Shown here piece after piece: positions 26,859-40,985 of a stretch of DNA of 64,000 bases. The notes below the pieces were generated by a model, which worked only from the letters and a program-made list of their open reading frames with translations, was not told where the DNA came from and did no database searches. The position numbers were made by a program, and so were the translations under genes. The stretch is from Octopus vulgaris. Lineage: Eukaryota. Location: contig OX597821.1 of NCBI GenBank assembly GCA_951406725.2, positions 96,286,001 to 96,350,000 on the forward strand. Direction: 5' to 3'. Position 1 is the first letter of the stretch. The number at the start of each line of letters is the position of its first letter.

Positions 26859-27971
26859 ACTCGTCCTTTCTTCTTTCTATATAATGTATATGTGTGTACA
26901 AATATGTGCATATTAAAAGAGATATCCGCTCGAAAAACTAGGGTAACTGCAATTTAATGATGAATATACTATAACATATGGTTGAGTGAGAATATTAATT
27001 TCAAATTCGAAATAGCCACAACTAGGTTTGTAACTCACCTCATTTGAATAAACACACACAAACACATAGACATTCACTGACACACACTCACACATAAACA
27101 CACACACACACACATATGCACATTTTGGCATTGGAGCAGAAAGTTGCAGTATACATGTACACCTATGTCTATATACCACGTCATTAATTGCACCTGTACA
27201 TCATATCATTAATTATTCATGTGCACCACATCAGCAACTATTCATCTACACTATATTATTAAGTTTTCACCGCCAACTGTAATTATATTATGATTCGTGA
27301 GAGCGTCTGTCATTATTGCTTAACCTCCAGGTCACCACCGATCAAGCTGACTATGGTCGAATATATTACAGCCGTGATCTTTCTGTTCGTTCAGGGATAT
27401 GTAGAAATAGATTAACTAACACCTCCTTTCGTAATTTAACACAGTAAAGTTTAGTTTCAGTATGATTTGCTGCTATTTCTAGCATGCCGAGCGACTACGT
27501 AGAATCTTTTTTGTTGGATTCTGAGAGCCTGTACGTGTGAGGTACGATTGAGTGCTTGTATGTAAGCGATATGGAGAGTGTTTACGAATATGCGAACATA
27601 TTTGTATGTGTAGTTGACTTGTGTAAGACGTGTGCTAAGACATGTGTGTGTGTGTACGTGCGCGCGTGCATGTATAACCGTGTTGCCACGCGTTGTGTGT
27701 ATTTTTGTCCGTCCTTGTTTTATGAATATTCCAGTTTAAATGGTACCATATTTGAGCTTGAGTTTCACAGATCACTAATGAGACAGTAAAGTTAGGATCA
27801 AATTGCAATCACTCCTAGGATCGATATGACAAACATATCGATATGAAATTCTAGAAGGTGCTGCTCCACAATGGTCAATTGTCCAATGACTGAAATTAGT
27901 GACAAGAATATGCCATTTATATATATATATATATATATACATACATATATATAATATATATATACATACAT

Positions 27972-28021
<50 letters not shown>

Positions 28022-28138
28022 AGCATATATATACACACATATATATATATATTTATATATATAAATATGCCAATATAATACACACACAATATTGTTTTTA
28101 CAATATTTCTACCCGTGTGGAATAAAATGACTTTGAAA

Positions 28139-28192
<54 letters not shown>

Positions 28193-28195
<3 letters not shown>

Positions 28196-29440
28196 GGGTT
28201 GGACAAAATAGTGGAAACGCCTTAAAATTTCAAACAAATTTATTTTAATATTGGGTAGTAATTACAGCTGGAATTCAACGAGGTATGGACTCGCACAAAT
28301 TTCGAATTGTTTCCAAAGGAATTTTTGTCCATTCTTCAGCTAGAACGGTATCATGTTCTTGTAGCAATGATGGCGGTGGATATCGACTCCTTATTTGTTT
28401 TTCTAAAATGGACCATACATGTTCAACAATATTGAGATCTGGGGACTGTGGTGGCCAGATAAGATGTTCAACTGCACTAGAATGCTCCTTGTGCCATTCA
28501 CTAACAACTTTAGCAGTGTGAAATGGTGCATTGATAGATTGCGTTTTCCACGGGAAACAATTCCGCAACCATCGGATAAATTTGATCAGATATAAAGCTT
28601 AAATAGTCTTGACTATTAATTTTGCCATAAAGGGAAACCATTGGGCCGGCGTATTTCCAAGATATAGGCCCCACCTCGATCATCATAGATCCTCCTTCCT
28701 GTTTAACAGTTGGAAGAAGGCAGTCTGAGTCAAATGTTTCTTTTGGCTGTCTCCACACGTATATTCGTCCGGTGGTCGGAAATAAGGTAAAGGATGACTC
28801 GTCCAAGAAAATCTTCCACTGCTATCGGGACCAATTTTGTAGGTTTTTCCTCCACTCTAAACACTTTGCAACGCTTGTTTTTGAAAGTAGTGATTTTCTG
28901 ATTGCAGTCTGCCTGTGAAATCCGTCTTTGTGCAGCTCCTAGCGAACAGTTTTTTTGGAAACTGGGTTCTCGAGATGGTCATTAAGCTCTGCAGTAATTC
29001 TGAGAGCTGTACTTTTGTGATCCTTTCTAACAATTCGCGAAAGAATCCGACCGTCTCTATCTGTAACTTTTGTTTTTCTTCCGGAGTTTTGTTTCGATGA
29101 GGAGGTTTCTCTTTCTTTCTCAAAATGTGTCATTACTTTCAAGACACTTCTTGATACACCAAACATTTTGGTTATTTCCGTTACGCTAGAGCCTGCCATA
29201 CGAGCACCAACAATTTGGCCTCTTTGAAAGTGCGATTGATCTATCATTTTAATGAATTTTAATTACCTTTTTCTGATGATAACTCAAAAGAAACAGCAAT
29301 TTTAGCAAAACATATTAAGCAAGACTAATAATAACTAAAAAAAAACACATTAAAATAAACACGCTTTTGACTATTTTATAGATATTTCAAAATTATGATG
29401 CTATGATGCTAGGTGTTTCCATTATTTTGTCCAACCCCTG
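28193..29440 (-). mobile_element. Full-length Tc1-family DNA transposon (1248 bp)
   Basis: 30-bp TIRs caggggttggacaaaata(g/a)tggaaac(g/a)cct with 2 mismatches; TA on both sides. Confidence 0.95.
28275..29247 (-). pseudogene. Tc1 DD34E-type transposase, disrupted by stops and frameshifts
   Basis: RGQIVG...GVSRS HTH region, SGRK, DESSF, PTVKQEGGSMMI, NAPFH, WPPQSPDLNIVEHVW, spread over several frames. Confidence 0.92.
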
Positions 29441-29967
29441 TATATATAGTAAATCCAGAAAAAAATAAACGAGGAACGAACACAACAAGAAAAAACAACA
29501 ATGCTAGAGTGGACAAACGAAAGAAAGTCATTCAACAAATTTATTGGGAATTACATGTATGGATCAAAACAGCTTGATTCAAGTTCGTTGGTACTCCGTG
29601 AGTTTTAAGCGTGATGCTAGTCGTCAGCCATTTTGAACTTGAATGACAGAAGTTGATTGTTATTACCGTAAGGTGGGCTGCGATTGGTCGAGGGAGGTCA
29701 CACGGCGTCGGGGTTTGATGTTGGTATATGAGTAACAGTTAAGTTGGAAAATACCCCATGGTGAACAGGAAACTGACCGTGTCGAGGAAACCAAATAGAT
29801 CACGTGGCGTTCAGGAAATCGGCCAGGTTGTTGGAGGGGAAGTAGGAAGGGGCGGTATGTGTAAGTATATAGTTGTACATAAGGGTTTGTACAGATGTGC
29901 ATACTCGCATCAATACATGCATGCACGGAAAACCATATAAGCGCGTCTTACACACCCACATGTAAAA

Positions 29968-30014
<47 letters not shown>

Positions 30015-30023
30015 ATGTATATA

Positions 30024-31112
30024 CGCGAGTGTCGCGTTGCTCTCAAGCAACTCTGCCGTCCCGGGTCGACCTTGAGTGACTTCAACACAACCAAAGCATT
30101 CTATATGGGATTAGTGGAGGGGAGGTACGACGACGATCTCGGGGCAAACCTGGGCGTCGACGAGGAATACCTGACCCGCCTGTTTCAAACGACTTTCGGC
30201 CCGGGACCTATGGACAACTTCCAGAGATCCCTGGCCTGGCGGTGCTACCGAGAAGCGCTACCCGTTCGGGATAAGCTCTATAGGCATGGCTCGAGAAACA
30301 CGGGGCCGACCTGCCCGAGATGCGGGCAGAGCGACGAAACCGCTCTGCACGCAATCGTGCAGTGTCCAGCAATTTCCGACCTGTGGGCTTATGTCGAACG
30401 ATTGCTGTCACGTGTGGGACGTGTCGGTTTATCAGCCGAGTCTATCGTTAATATCGTCACGCCTCCTTCCTTCAAACGGGAAGGAAGAGCTATTTTTATC
30501 ATACTTGTGGCTATGGCGAAAGAATGTATCTGGTGGACGCGCCTGAAAGGATTAGAGACAAACACTTTCCTCTCTGGTCAATCTCTCATCAACTTCTTCA
30601 AGTATCACTTGAAGAGGAAAGTGAGAGTAGGGAGGCAAGTTTTGTCTAGTGAATGTTTTAAAAAAAGATGGGTGAATGTAGCAAGGATGGCACGTATGAA
30701 TGACGAAGCCACCTTGACTATGATTCTATGAACCGTAAAAATTAATACAGAGTTGCTTATTTGCAAAAAAAAATAAAAGAAAGAAATATAACATGTGACT
30801 TCATTGACCGAGGTTACCGTGGTCTTTTCTGTAGGCTTTTCTTTCCACGGGTAAACCTCACCTGTCCTCCCCTTTACACTTCATATTGACATTTCTGTGA
30901 TTAAGATCCCTATTGATCAACTTTTTTCCTCTCCCCTTTCCTTTTTTCCCCTCTCCCCCTTTTTTCAAAAATCCTCCCCTTTTTGTCCTCTTTCTTTCCT
31001 TTTACGATCCCTTTTGATCGAAAACCAACCCCCTTTTTTACCCCCAAAAGAAAAGCTCTACCTTGTAATTTGTTCTGTCTGTGTGCAGCCCTGTGTGGCT
31101 AATAAAGAAACA
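30024..31112 (+). mobile_element. 5'-truncated L1/Tx1-like LINE: uninterrupted ORF2 C-terminus (to 30731) plus 3' UTR
   Basis: AWRCYREALPVRDKL...CPRCGQSDETALHAIVQCP (zf-RVT-type CCHC), IWWTR. 15-bp TSD tatctaatgtatata at 30009-30023 and 31113-31127. Confidence 0.9.
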
Positions 31113-31118
31113 TATCTA

Positions 31119-31172
<54 letters not shown>

Positions 31173-31351
31173 AATATTAGGGAATAAATCCAAACTTACA
31201 GGGAAAATCAGATTTAGGATTGAATCCAATTTTATAGTAAAATATTATATTATATTAAATTAGAGACAAAACCACTATTAGGCAAATCAAACAATGAAAG
31301 GCAAAATCAGATTTCATTGTTTGATTTGCCTAATAGTGGTTTTGTCTCTAA

Positions 31352-31407
<56 letters not shown>

Positions 31408-31664
31408 GAATTATAAAAAGAAAGTTCTTGGTACAGTATTATATATTTGAAAAAATGAGTAGAGATGGCTATTTTGTGATAACTTTTATTTTAATAATCA
31501 TGTTTACAGTGACTCATCTCTGATCAATTTTTGAAATACACACACACACACACCCACACCCACACACACACACACGTACATATATATTCGTTCGACAAAA
31601 ATTCTTCGAGACGGTGCCCCAGCGTAGCCGCAGTCAAGTGACTGAAACAAATAACGCATAAAAG

Positions 31665-32105
31665 TTAGGTGTGGCTGTGAGGTAAGCACATGGTCTGGGT
31701 TCAGTCCTACGGCGTAACACCTTGGACAAGTGTCTTCCACTATAACCTCAGGCCGACGGAAGCTTTGTCTGTGGATTTCGAAGACGGAAACTGAAAGAAA
31801 CCCGTCGTTAGCATACATACATACATACATACATATATACATACACACATATGCGCACACATATACACATATGTATATTTATATATATGTACGTATGTAT
31901 ATATTTATGCGTAAGACTGTGTCTGTGTTTGTCCCCATCACCGCTTGACAACCGTTACTCCCGTGTTTATGTCCCCGTGACTTAGCGTCTCGGCATAAGA
32001 CACCGATAAAATAAGTACTAAGCTTTAGAGAGAAAAAATTTAGGATCAATTTATTCGACTAAAATCTCTTCAAGAGCGCACTCAAACGACTGAAGCAAGA
32101 TAAAA
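31665..32105 (+). mobile_element. SINE family A, decayed
   Basis: gggttcagtcct...ccttggacaagtgtcttc...gacggaaactgaaagaaacccgtcg. Confidence 0.8.
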
Positions 32106-32574
32106 GATAGAAGATAAAATACTCACACACACACGAATGAGTTTGTATAAATATATAAAAGTGTATATCCTCCTCTGTTTATGCTTACTCGAGTGATTCG
32201 GTGCAACCGGTTTTCCGTAACTTTATTAATAAATTATGATGGATATAATATGTCACACACAAAATCTTAAAATATGAACATGAACATCATTGAATTCCAG
32301 ATTCCTTATTCTCCAAAAGCAGAAAGTTTTACTCATAGTTCAGTATTTCTTGTCCAGCTAAGCAACCAAATGTAGACCCAGTTTGGTTGCTTCGGGTAGA
32401 GACCAATATGCAATGTATTTTATTCATGTATTTTTTTGTCGTGAAAATCAGGATCCAAAAACCAATATTTAAATATAGTAATAAACCTTGGAGGTGTTGT
32501 CAATAATTTGTTAACACTAAATGCATTAATTGTGCATACAAACATTCATTGCACTTCCCTTGAACGTCCATATC

Positions 32575-32790
32575 TATTTCTTTACTACCCACAAGGGGCT
32601 GAACACAGAGGGGACAAACAAGGACAGATAAACTGATTAAGTCGATTCCATCGACCCCAGTGCGTAACTGGTACTTAATTTATGAAAGGCAAAGTCGACC
32701 TCGGCGGAATTTGAACTCAGAACGTAACGGCAGACGAAATACGGCTACGCATTTCGCCCGGCGTGCTACCGTTTCTGCCAGCTCGCCGCC
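32575..32790 (-). mobile_element. SINE family B, tail 1
   Basis: Family match; flanking duplication acgtccatatc at 32564-32574 and 32800-32810. Confidence 0.9.
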
Positions 32791-33387
32791 TTCCTTCGTA
32801 CGTCCATATCGTTTAATATATAACCTCTCAAATATATGGTCAAATGTTATTTATATAACATCTTCTGAGAAATCTAATCGAGATTTATTCTGCCCTTTCA
32901 TTTATTTCGCATAGATATTGGAAATAGCCGCAACTAATTTCTAATTAATTGTAGAGCATTCAAATTGAATAAATACACCGATTAGAAGAATTAATTCCGT
33001 GAATTTCAGGCGGGTCCTGTTGCAACAAACTCAGAAACACATATGTATGTTGTGTGTGTGATAACTGATATCACACTCTAGTCACGTGTAATTTCCTTTC
33101 TTGACTGGTTTATCTCTTCCTGTCGTGCTGTAGGAATATGGAAGAAAGAAGTGGATGTGTGGAAAGAGTTAAGTTGGAGGAGGGAGAGTATAATATATAG
33201 GGGTTAATTACATAGATATTAGGATAGGTGGGTGATTGATAGTTTCGACAGAAAATGGAAGAGAAAGAGATAGATAGATAGATAGATCGGTTGGTAGATA
33301 GATAAATAGATATAGACACGTAGGGAGGTAGATATGTATGTATAGATAGATATATAGTTAGATAGATAGACACACAGACAGACAGAC

Positions 33388-33469
<82 letters not shown>

Positions 33470-34051
33470 GTAGAGCCAGGTAGATTGAAGGAGAAAGAGA
33501 GAGCAATTGTGTATGCTGTCGAAATGTCTGCTTGCTAGGAGTAATTTGGACAGAAAGGGTAAATGTATTTTGAATGAGAGGAGAGAGAGAGAGAGGAGAG
33601 ATGGGTAGAGATGGGGAGAGATGGGGAGAGAAAGAGGAGAGGAAAGTGAGAGACATCTGTATAGGAAGATGAAAAAAGAGGAGCAATAAAGAAGTATATG
33701 AGCCAGAGACTATAACGGAAGGGAGTAAGAGCGTAAGAATAAGGGAAATGAACAGACGACTTTTCAAATATGCAACATGTAATTAACTCGAAAGCGAACA
33801 GAGTAGAGATTCACAGTTATAAAGGAATTGCTGGTCTTCGATTTGCAGAAGAAGCCGAGAAAATTCACAAGTCATTAGTTGGTGTAATTTGAAATGATTT
33901 TCTGCAAAGGAACCAGAAACAATAAAAGGCAGAAGCAAAGTGCAAGGACTGAAACAAGTAAATGAATTATATTACTAAAACGAGACAGGAATGAACGCTC
34001 TAATTTATTACGGGTAATATGCTAGAATGTGCATACGTATATACATATATA

Positions 34052-34266
34052 CTCTTTTTACTTGTTTCAGTCATTTGACTGGAGCCATGCTGGAGTACCG
34101 CCTTTTAGTCGAGCAAATCTACCCCGGGACTTATTCTTTGTAAGCCCAGTACTTATTCTATCGATCTCTTTTGCCGAACCGCTAAGTGACGGGGACGTAA
34201 ACACGCCAGCATCGGTTGTCAAGCAATGCTAGGGGAACAAACACAGACGCACAAATATATACACGT

Positions 34267-34330
<64 letters not shown>

Positions 34331-34493
34331 GACAGGCGTCTTTTAGTTTCCGTCTACCAAATCCACTCACAAGGCATTGGTCGGCCCGGGGCTATAGCAG
34401 AAGACACTTGCCCAAGATGCCACGCAGTGGGACTGAACCCGGAACCATGTGGTTTGTAAGCAAGCTACTTACCACACAGCCACTCCTGCGCCT
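34052..34493 (-). mobile_element. SINE family A, full length
   Basis: Reverse complement of 15976-16352 plus the tail ggcggtactccagcatggctccagtcaaatgactgaaacaagtaaaaagag. Confidence 0.9.
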
Positions 34494-35298
34494 ATATATA
34501 CTCATGGATAATGTATAAGTGTGTATCTATTAAAATTTGGAAAATTATAGTGATGAATATCTTAATGAAAATATGCAAGCTCAAATCTTTACACACACAC
34601 ACATACACACACACAGAGGCACATATATATGTGTGTGTGTGTGTGTGTATGCTCATATAAGCATCCTTGCATACATACACACAACATTCCCGTCCTCGCA
34701 CGTACACAAGTACTTACACACGCACCTCCACACGATCGATTTGTTAGTACTATGAACAGAACGTTTGAGTACCGGTCGGCCTTTGTCTTTGTGTTTCGTC
34801 AGAGAAGCATAACGAAACACCTCGTCGGAGCATAAGGACAAAGTGTGAAAGGAAGGCGGAAGAGAGGACGATCGGGGGGTTGAATAACATTTCCACATTG
34901 TTGAATCATTAACATATCTGTTTATGATAAACAGCAGTTGTTATAGTATTGTGTGAGTTCATTCATTGGGCATAGCAACGTATCCGTCCTATCAGTCTAG
35001 AATGAAACTTCATCGAGTGAATGTACTGTTAAATGTTTCTCTAACTGCCTCACTCATACTGCTCACTGTTAACCGACCGAGCAGATCCATAGATTGTTGC
35101 TTGTAAGCCAGATTGTTACTAATCAATAATAGCGGCCTGGTTTGCAGAAAAATGTGTGCTAGGTTTTATCACACACACACACACACACACATACACACGC
35201 ACACTTAATTTCTCTCTCCTCCTCTCTCTTTCTATATGTGTACGTATTTGTATTCTGTCCGCCTTTCTATCTCTCTTTTTCTCTCTCTCTCTCCCTCT

Positions 35299-35355
<57 letters not shown>

Positions 35356-35380
35356 TAGGAGTCACATAGGCAGATTAACT

Positions 35381-35431
<51 letters not shown>

Positions 35432-35582
35432 CAGTAAGAGAAATTGGGGAAACATAAAAGTGCACTTAAAAACTGTAAGTTATTTTCAACTGTCTCCGGA
35501 CTTAGCAGATTCACTACTCAACGTCGTAATAATAGTTTCAAATTTTGACACCGGGCCAGCAGTTTTTGAGGTGAGAGAGTAA

Positions 35583-36222
35583 GTCGATTACATCGACCCC
35601 AGTGCTCCTCTGGTACTTATCCGAAGGGATGAAAGGCAAAGTCAAACTTAGTGGACTAATGATCCTTTCCACTAAAGGCACAAGGCCAGAAATTTTGTGG
35701 GAGAGGATTAGTCGATTACATCGACCCCAGTGCTCCTCTGGTACTTATCCGAAAGGATGAAAGGCAAAGTCAAACTTAGTGGACTAATGATCCTTTCCAC
35801 TAAAGGCACAAGGCCAGAAATTTTGTGGGAGAGCACTAGTCGATTACATCGACCCCAGTGCTCCTCTGGTACTTATCCGAAAGGATGAAAGGCAAAGTCA
35901 AACTTAGTGGACTAATGATCCTTTCCACTAAAGGCACAAGGCCAGAAATTTTGTGGGAGAGGACTAGTCGATTACATCGACCCCAGTGCTCCTCTGGTAC
36001 TTATCCGAAAGGATGAAAGGCAAAGTCAAACTTAGTGGACTAATGATCCTTTCCACTAAAGGTACAAGGCCAGAAATTTTGTGGGAGAGGACTAGTCGAT
36101 TACATCGACCTCAGTGCTCCTCTGGTACTTATCCGAAAGGATGAAAGGCAAAGTCAAACTTAGTGTACTAATGATCCTTTCCACTAAAGGCACAAGGCCA
36201 GAAATTTTGTGGGAGAAGACTA
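35583..36222. repeat. 128-bp tandem repeat, 5 copies, derived from SINE B core plus tail 2
   Basis: gtcgattacatcgacc recurs at 35583, 35711, 35839, 35967, 36095 and 36223. Confidence 0.95.
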
Positions 36223-36612
36223 GTCGATTACATCGACCCCAGTGCGTAACTGGTACTTATTTAATCAACCCCGAAAGGATGAAAGGCAAAATCGACTTCG
36301 GCGGGATTTGAACCCAGAATGTAAAGACGGACGAAATGCTGCTAAGCACTTCGACGGCTCACTAACTATTCTGCCAGCTCGCAGCCTTAATAATAGTAAT
36401 AATCCTTTCTACTATAAGCACAAGGGCTGACATTTGGCCGGAGGGGTAAGCCGATTACATCGACCCAATGCGTAATTGGTACTTAATTTGTCGACTCCCA
36501 CAGGATGAAGGCAAAGTCGACCACGGCGGTATTTGTACTAAGAACGTAACGACGGACGAAATGTCGTTAAGCATTTCACCGGCATACTATCAATTCTGCC
36601 AGCTCACCGCCT
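36223..36612 (-). mobile_element. Two adjacent SINE B copies (36223-36385 and about 36400-36612)
   Basis: Each has the core and the head ending tctgccagctc on the plus strand. Confidence 0.85.
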
Positions 36613-36620
36613 TCTTAATG

Positions 36621-36678
<58 letters not shown>

Positions 36679-36682
36679 TACT

Positions 36683-37812
36683 GTCTTTCATTGGCCACAA
36701 GCGCAGAACAGAAAACAAATAGGAACAATACAATACAAGGGACAAATGGGGTGTTCAACACTGTCGTGTATATAACAAGTAACAAAAACAAATAACAAAA
36801 TTAAACAATACAAATTCCCCAAGAGGGGAGTCTTCCTCACAGAGACAACCACAGCACGCCACACAACCTGGTTATTCAGACCGCCAGGTACACCTCAGAA
36901 GGCGCCTCTCTCCTCAAACTTTCCTGTTTATAAACCAAAGTTCAGAGTAGGCCCATTCACATGGGCAATTCTCGTCACATACACCTGCATTTCAACAAAT
37001 TTACTGGGGACGTAGAACTTCCTCCTTTACCCTCACTTTCCTTGGCGATCTTCACGATGGACTTAGCTGGTAACTGGATCCATCCAACATGCGATAACAG
37101 CTGTTCGACAAAGCTCCACAAGTCACTAATGCACGGATACTGGACAAGTGAGTGCAGGACGGTTTCGTCGCCCTTCGCACACCTCGGATAGGTCCGTCTC
37201 TCCGCACTCCCGTGTCTGTAGAGTTTATCTCGAACCGGCAGAGTTTCCCGGTAACATTGACATACCAGGGATTTCTGGAAGTTATTCATCAGCTCCGACC
37301 GAAAAGTCCTCCGGAAAAGACCAGCTAATTACTCCCTCCTGACGCCCAGAGTTTCCCCAAAGACGTCGTCGCTCTTGCCCGTCACTAATCCCCTATAGAC
37401 TTTCTAGTGGAACTTCTACCGACCGTATTGCTCACTTGGCAGAGAGTTGTAAGTGTTTACCGATACTCCAGGTACCAAGTGTCTTTTCTTTGTATACGTT
37501 TGATCCAGGACTGTATCTATCAATGTGACAAGCTGAGGAACATCCTGCTTGACAAACGGTGACCACACCTGTTCACCTTTATGAAAATGCTGGACATATT
37601 GTTGCCTCAGTGCGTGTCTGCGCATCAGTAGCCATAGCATGCTCATTCTTCCACGCAGCAGCTGTTGACATTAGATGACCCTGATGAGCGGAATACGTCC
37701 CTTCCACAAAAAGCGGAAAAGCAAGCTTGGTCAGCCATGAAGCTGAGCAAGGGATGACAATCAGATAGTAATAGATGACGGAAGCGATGTACCCATTTGT
37801 TACCTCTACCCG
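36683..37812 (-). mobile_element. Decayed L1/Tx1-like LINE 3' part, divergent subfamily
   Basis: FRFLWKGRIPLIR, WLLMRRHALR, NNFQKSLVCQCYRETLPVRDKLYRHG...PRCAKGDETVLHSLVQYP. 3' end tgtggccaatgaaagacag abuts (ATT)n. Confidence 0.85.
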
Positions 37813-38189
37813 TATGATGATGACTATAATGACGATGATGATTTACTTATTAGTAACAAAGGTTGAAAAAAAAATCGAGGACTGTACAGAGCCACTCAGT
37901 TTGAGATTCCAAAAACGTGTAAAGAAAAAATAACAAAAAATAAAAATTCAGAGAAAAGTTTACCCAAACAGGCGAATTGATCTCCGAGTGCTACTTGTTG
38001 ATACCCTACGAAAGCACGGTCGCTCTAATCACTAAGGTAAGTGTCCTCTTCCAACTGTCTTTCCCCAGTCAACAGTCGTATGCTGAGAGCAGGTCCTTTA
38101 AGTCGAACCATACTCTACTATTATTCATCTTTCAACTGATTTTTTTGTGGTAGCACTTTCTTCTCCATTCTCATTTATCTATTATTGTG

Positions 38190-38730
38190 TAACAGGAAAA
38201 AGTTGATTCAAGGGTAACATGGAAAAGCTTGGACAAATGAAATGGTGTCTTTCTTCAACCTTTCAGTCTTGTCCACCAAATAAGACCAACTAACAGATAA
38301 AAAACTGCCGGTCTTTCGACCAAAAGTAGGTGGCAGGACAATTTTTACAATTGCTTCAGCTGATAGTCGGATCCGTCCTGCACGTCCTGATCAACATAAC
38401 ACTACAAATCAATAATGCACGGACACTAGGCTTGTGCGGACAGGTATGGCTGACGGGCACTTCAGTGTCTGTGAACTTTATCTGAAACAGAGGTAACGCC
38501 CTGCTGTCGTACTGCAAAAGTAGACACCGGCTAGATCTCCTTTCGGAACGTAACGTAGGAGTCAGATAATATTCATCAACATTCAAGGTAACCCCGACGA
38601 CACCGTCGATTTTGTCCCCCACTAAACCTGAATAGAACGCCAACATATAACTTCCATCAACAATACACTGACCGATTAATATAGAGTTGCTGGCGCTTGA
38701 CCACATCAGTTTATGGTGCAGGAATCGGTC
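38190..38730 (-). mobile_element. Decayed L1/Tx1-like LINE fragment
   Basis: AFYSGLVGDKIDGVVGVTLNVDEYYLT, LSAEAIVKIVLPPTF and IWWTRLKG, homologous to the 30024 copy. Confidence 0.8.
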
Positions 38731-38733
38731 GGA

Positions 38734-38807
<74 letters not shown>

Positions 38808-39200
38808 CTCTTTTTACTTGTTTCAGTCATTTTGACTGCGGCCATACTGGACCACCGCCTTTAATCGAGCAACTCGACCCCAGGACTTATTCTTTGTAAG
38901 CCCAGTACTTATTCTATCGGTCTCTTTTGCCGAACCGCTAAGTGACGGGGACATAAACACACCAGCATCGGTTGTCAAGCAATGCTACGGGACTAACAGA
39001 CACACAAACATACACGCACATACATATATATACATATATACGACGGGCTTCTTTCAGTTTCCATCTACCAAATCCACTCACAAGGCTTTGGTCGGCCCTA
39101 GGCTATAGTAGAAGACATTTGCCCAAGATGCCACGCAGTGGGACTGAACGCGGAACCATGTGGTTGGTAAACAAGCTACTTACCACACAGCCACTCCTGC
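38808..39200 (-). mobile_element. SINE family A, full length
   Basis: Close match to 34052-34493. Confidence 0.9.
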
Positions 39201-39224
39201 ATATACATACATATGAGCTTGAGG

Positions 39225-39425
39225 ATTGTCCTCCCCATCAGCGCTTAACAATCGGTGCTGGTTAGTTTACATCTTCCATAACTTAGCGGTTCGGCAAAGA
39301 AACAGAGATAGAATAAGTACCAAGCTACGAAGTTAAGTGCTGGAGTAGATTTGCTCCACTAAGCCCTTCAAGGCGGTGCCCCAGCATCGCCGCAGTGCAA
39401 TGACTGAAAGAAGTAAAAGATAGAT
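39225..39425 (+). mobile_element. SINE family A, 3' half
   Basis: acttagcggttcggcaaa...aggcggtgccccagcatcgccgcagtgcaatgactgaaagaagtaaaag. Confidence 0.8.
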
Positions 39426-39437
39426 GAATGATAAAAG

Positions 39438-39470
<33 letters not shown>

Positions 39471-39674
39471 AGTGTGTGTGTGTGTGCGTGTGTACACTTA
39501 CAAATATATACATTTGTGCGTATGTATATATAGCAAATGCTGGCCTAGATAAAACAGAGTTTGTTATGTAGCGTTTATTGATTTCGTATACAGAATAATT
39601 TCAAATCATAATGAATAGATCAGTTTAGAATCAGTGATGTGAAACAATTTGAAAACACACACTCACATACAGAC

Positions 39675-39985
<311 letters not shown>

Positions 39986-40985
39986 ATGTATATGTAAACA
40001 TATATACACTTATATCGAATAAAATAAAGCAGTCTGGTGCAATGTTTATATGTGAACAATTTTATTGTAAACAAATTATCAATATTCAAAACGATATTTC
40101 AAAGAAAACGCCCTTGACAGAGTCTATGTAAATTATAGTACTGTTAGTATTTGACTTTAAATGTCGTCTCAACGCGAAGGTTGCAGTGAATCTCTGTGTA
40201 GCTTCTTTCTTCGCTGGTTTACTTTTGTAGCGCCATAAAACTTTTAAACAGGCGGGGGTCAATGATCGTGCCCGTGTGTTGTATAGATATAAATAGGAAT
40301 AGTCAATTTGAAAACCCGTGTAAAGAATTCATTAACTAACGGTATAGGTAAAGCACTATCCGTGGTTCGAAGTCGAGCAGTCTGAGTATCTGTTTTGTTT
40401 TTATATACGCCGAATCCAAAAGGAGTTTTACTGAAATCACCCGCTCATAAGCTTACCTCGGATCGTTATTGATCCTAACGTTGTGTAATTCTTACACACA
40501 CACACACGCACACACATGTATGTACTAGCAATTAGGATAGTTTTTAAGACACAAGTCGATTGAAATATCAATACCGAAAACAGTGCACAATTTTTATATA
40601 TAGAAACAAATGGCGGTTTTATTCATGTTTGTGCTATATATATTTATTATCTCGCCATTTCTGTTTATATGACGACATTGTGCAGTATGGTTTTTCCTAA
40701 CGCTTAAATAATTATCGAAACTTGTAAAATAGTGAGATATCAAAGAAAAAGATAACCAACGTTAGAAGTAGTAGATTCGGCATTCTTTTGTGTATGCTAT
40801 GCACGAGACTATTTTATTGGCTTCGACTAAGAGTTGAGGATGAAATCATGTCTGTGACACTAGCTTGCAAGTAATTCCGATTGTCATATCTTCCGGTTCC
40901 GTTTTAAACTAAAAATTTTAATTTAAAAAATTAATGCATTTTCGCGATAGGTATAATTTTAATCATTTAATTATACTTCCCTTGT

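Noticed and set aside
29895-30023. N-terminal part of the 278-aa ORF
   Set aside because: Read-through from flank and (TATC)n upstream of the LINE truncation point at 30024.
35583-36222. CRISPR-like array
   Set aside because: Units are identical end to end with no unique spacers, are SINE-derived, and sit in a eukaryotic context.
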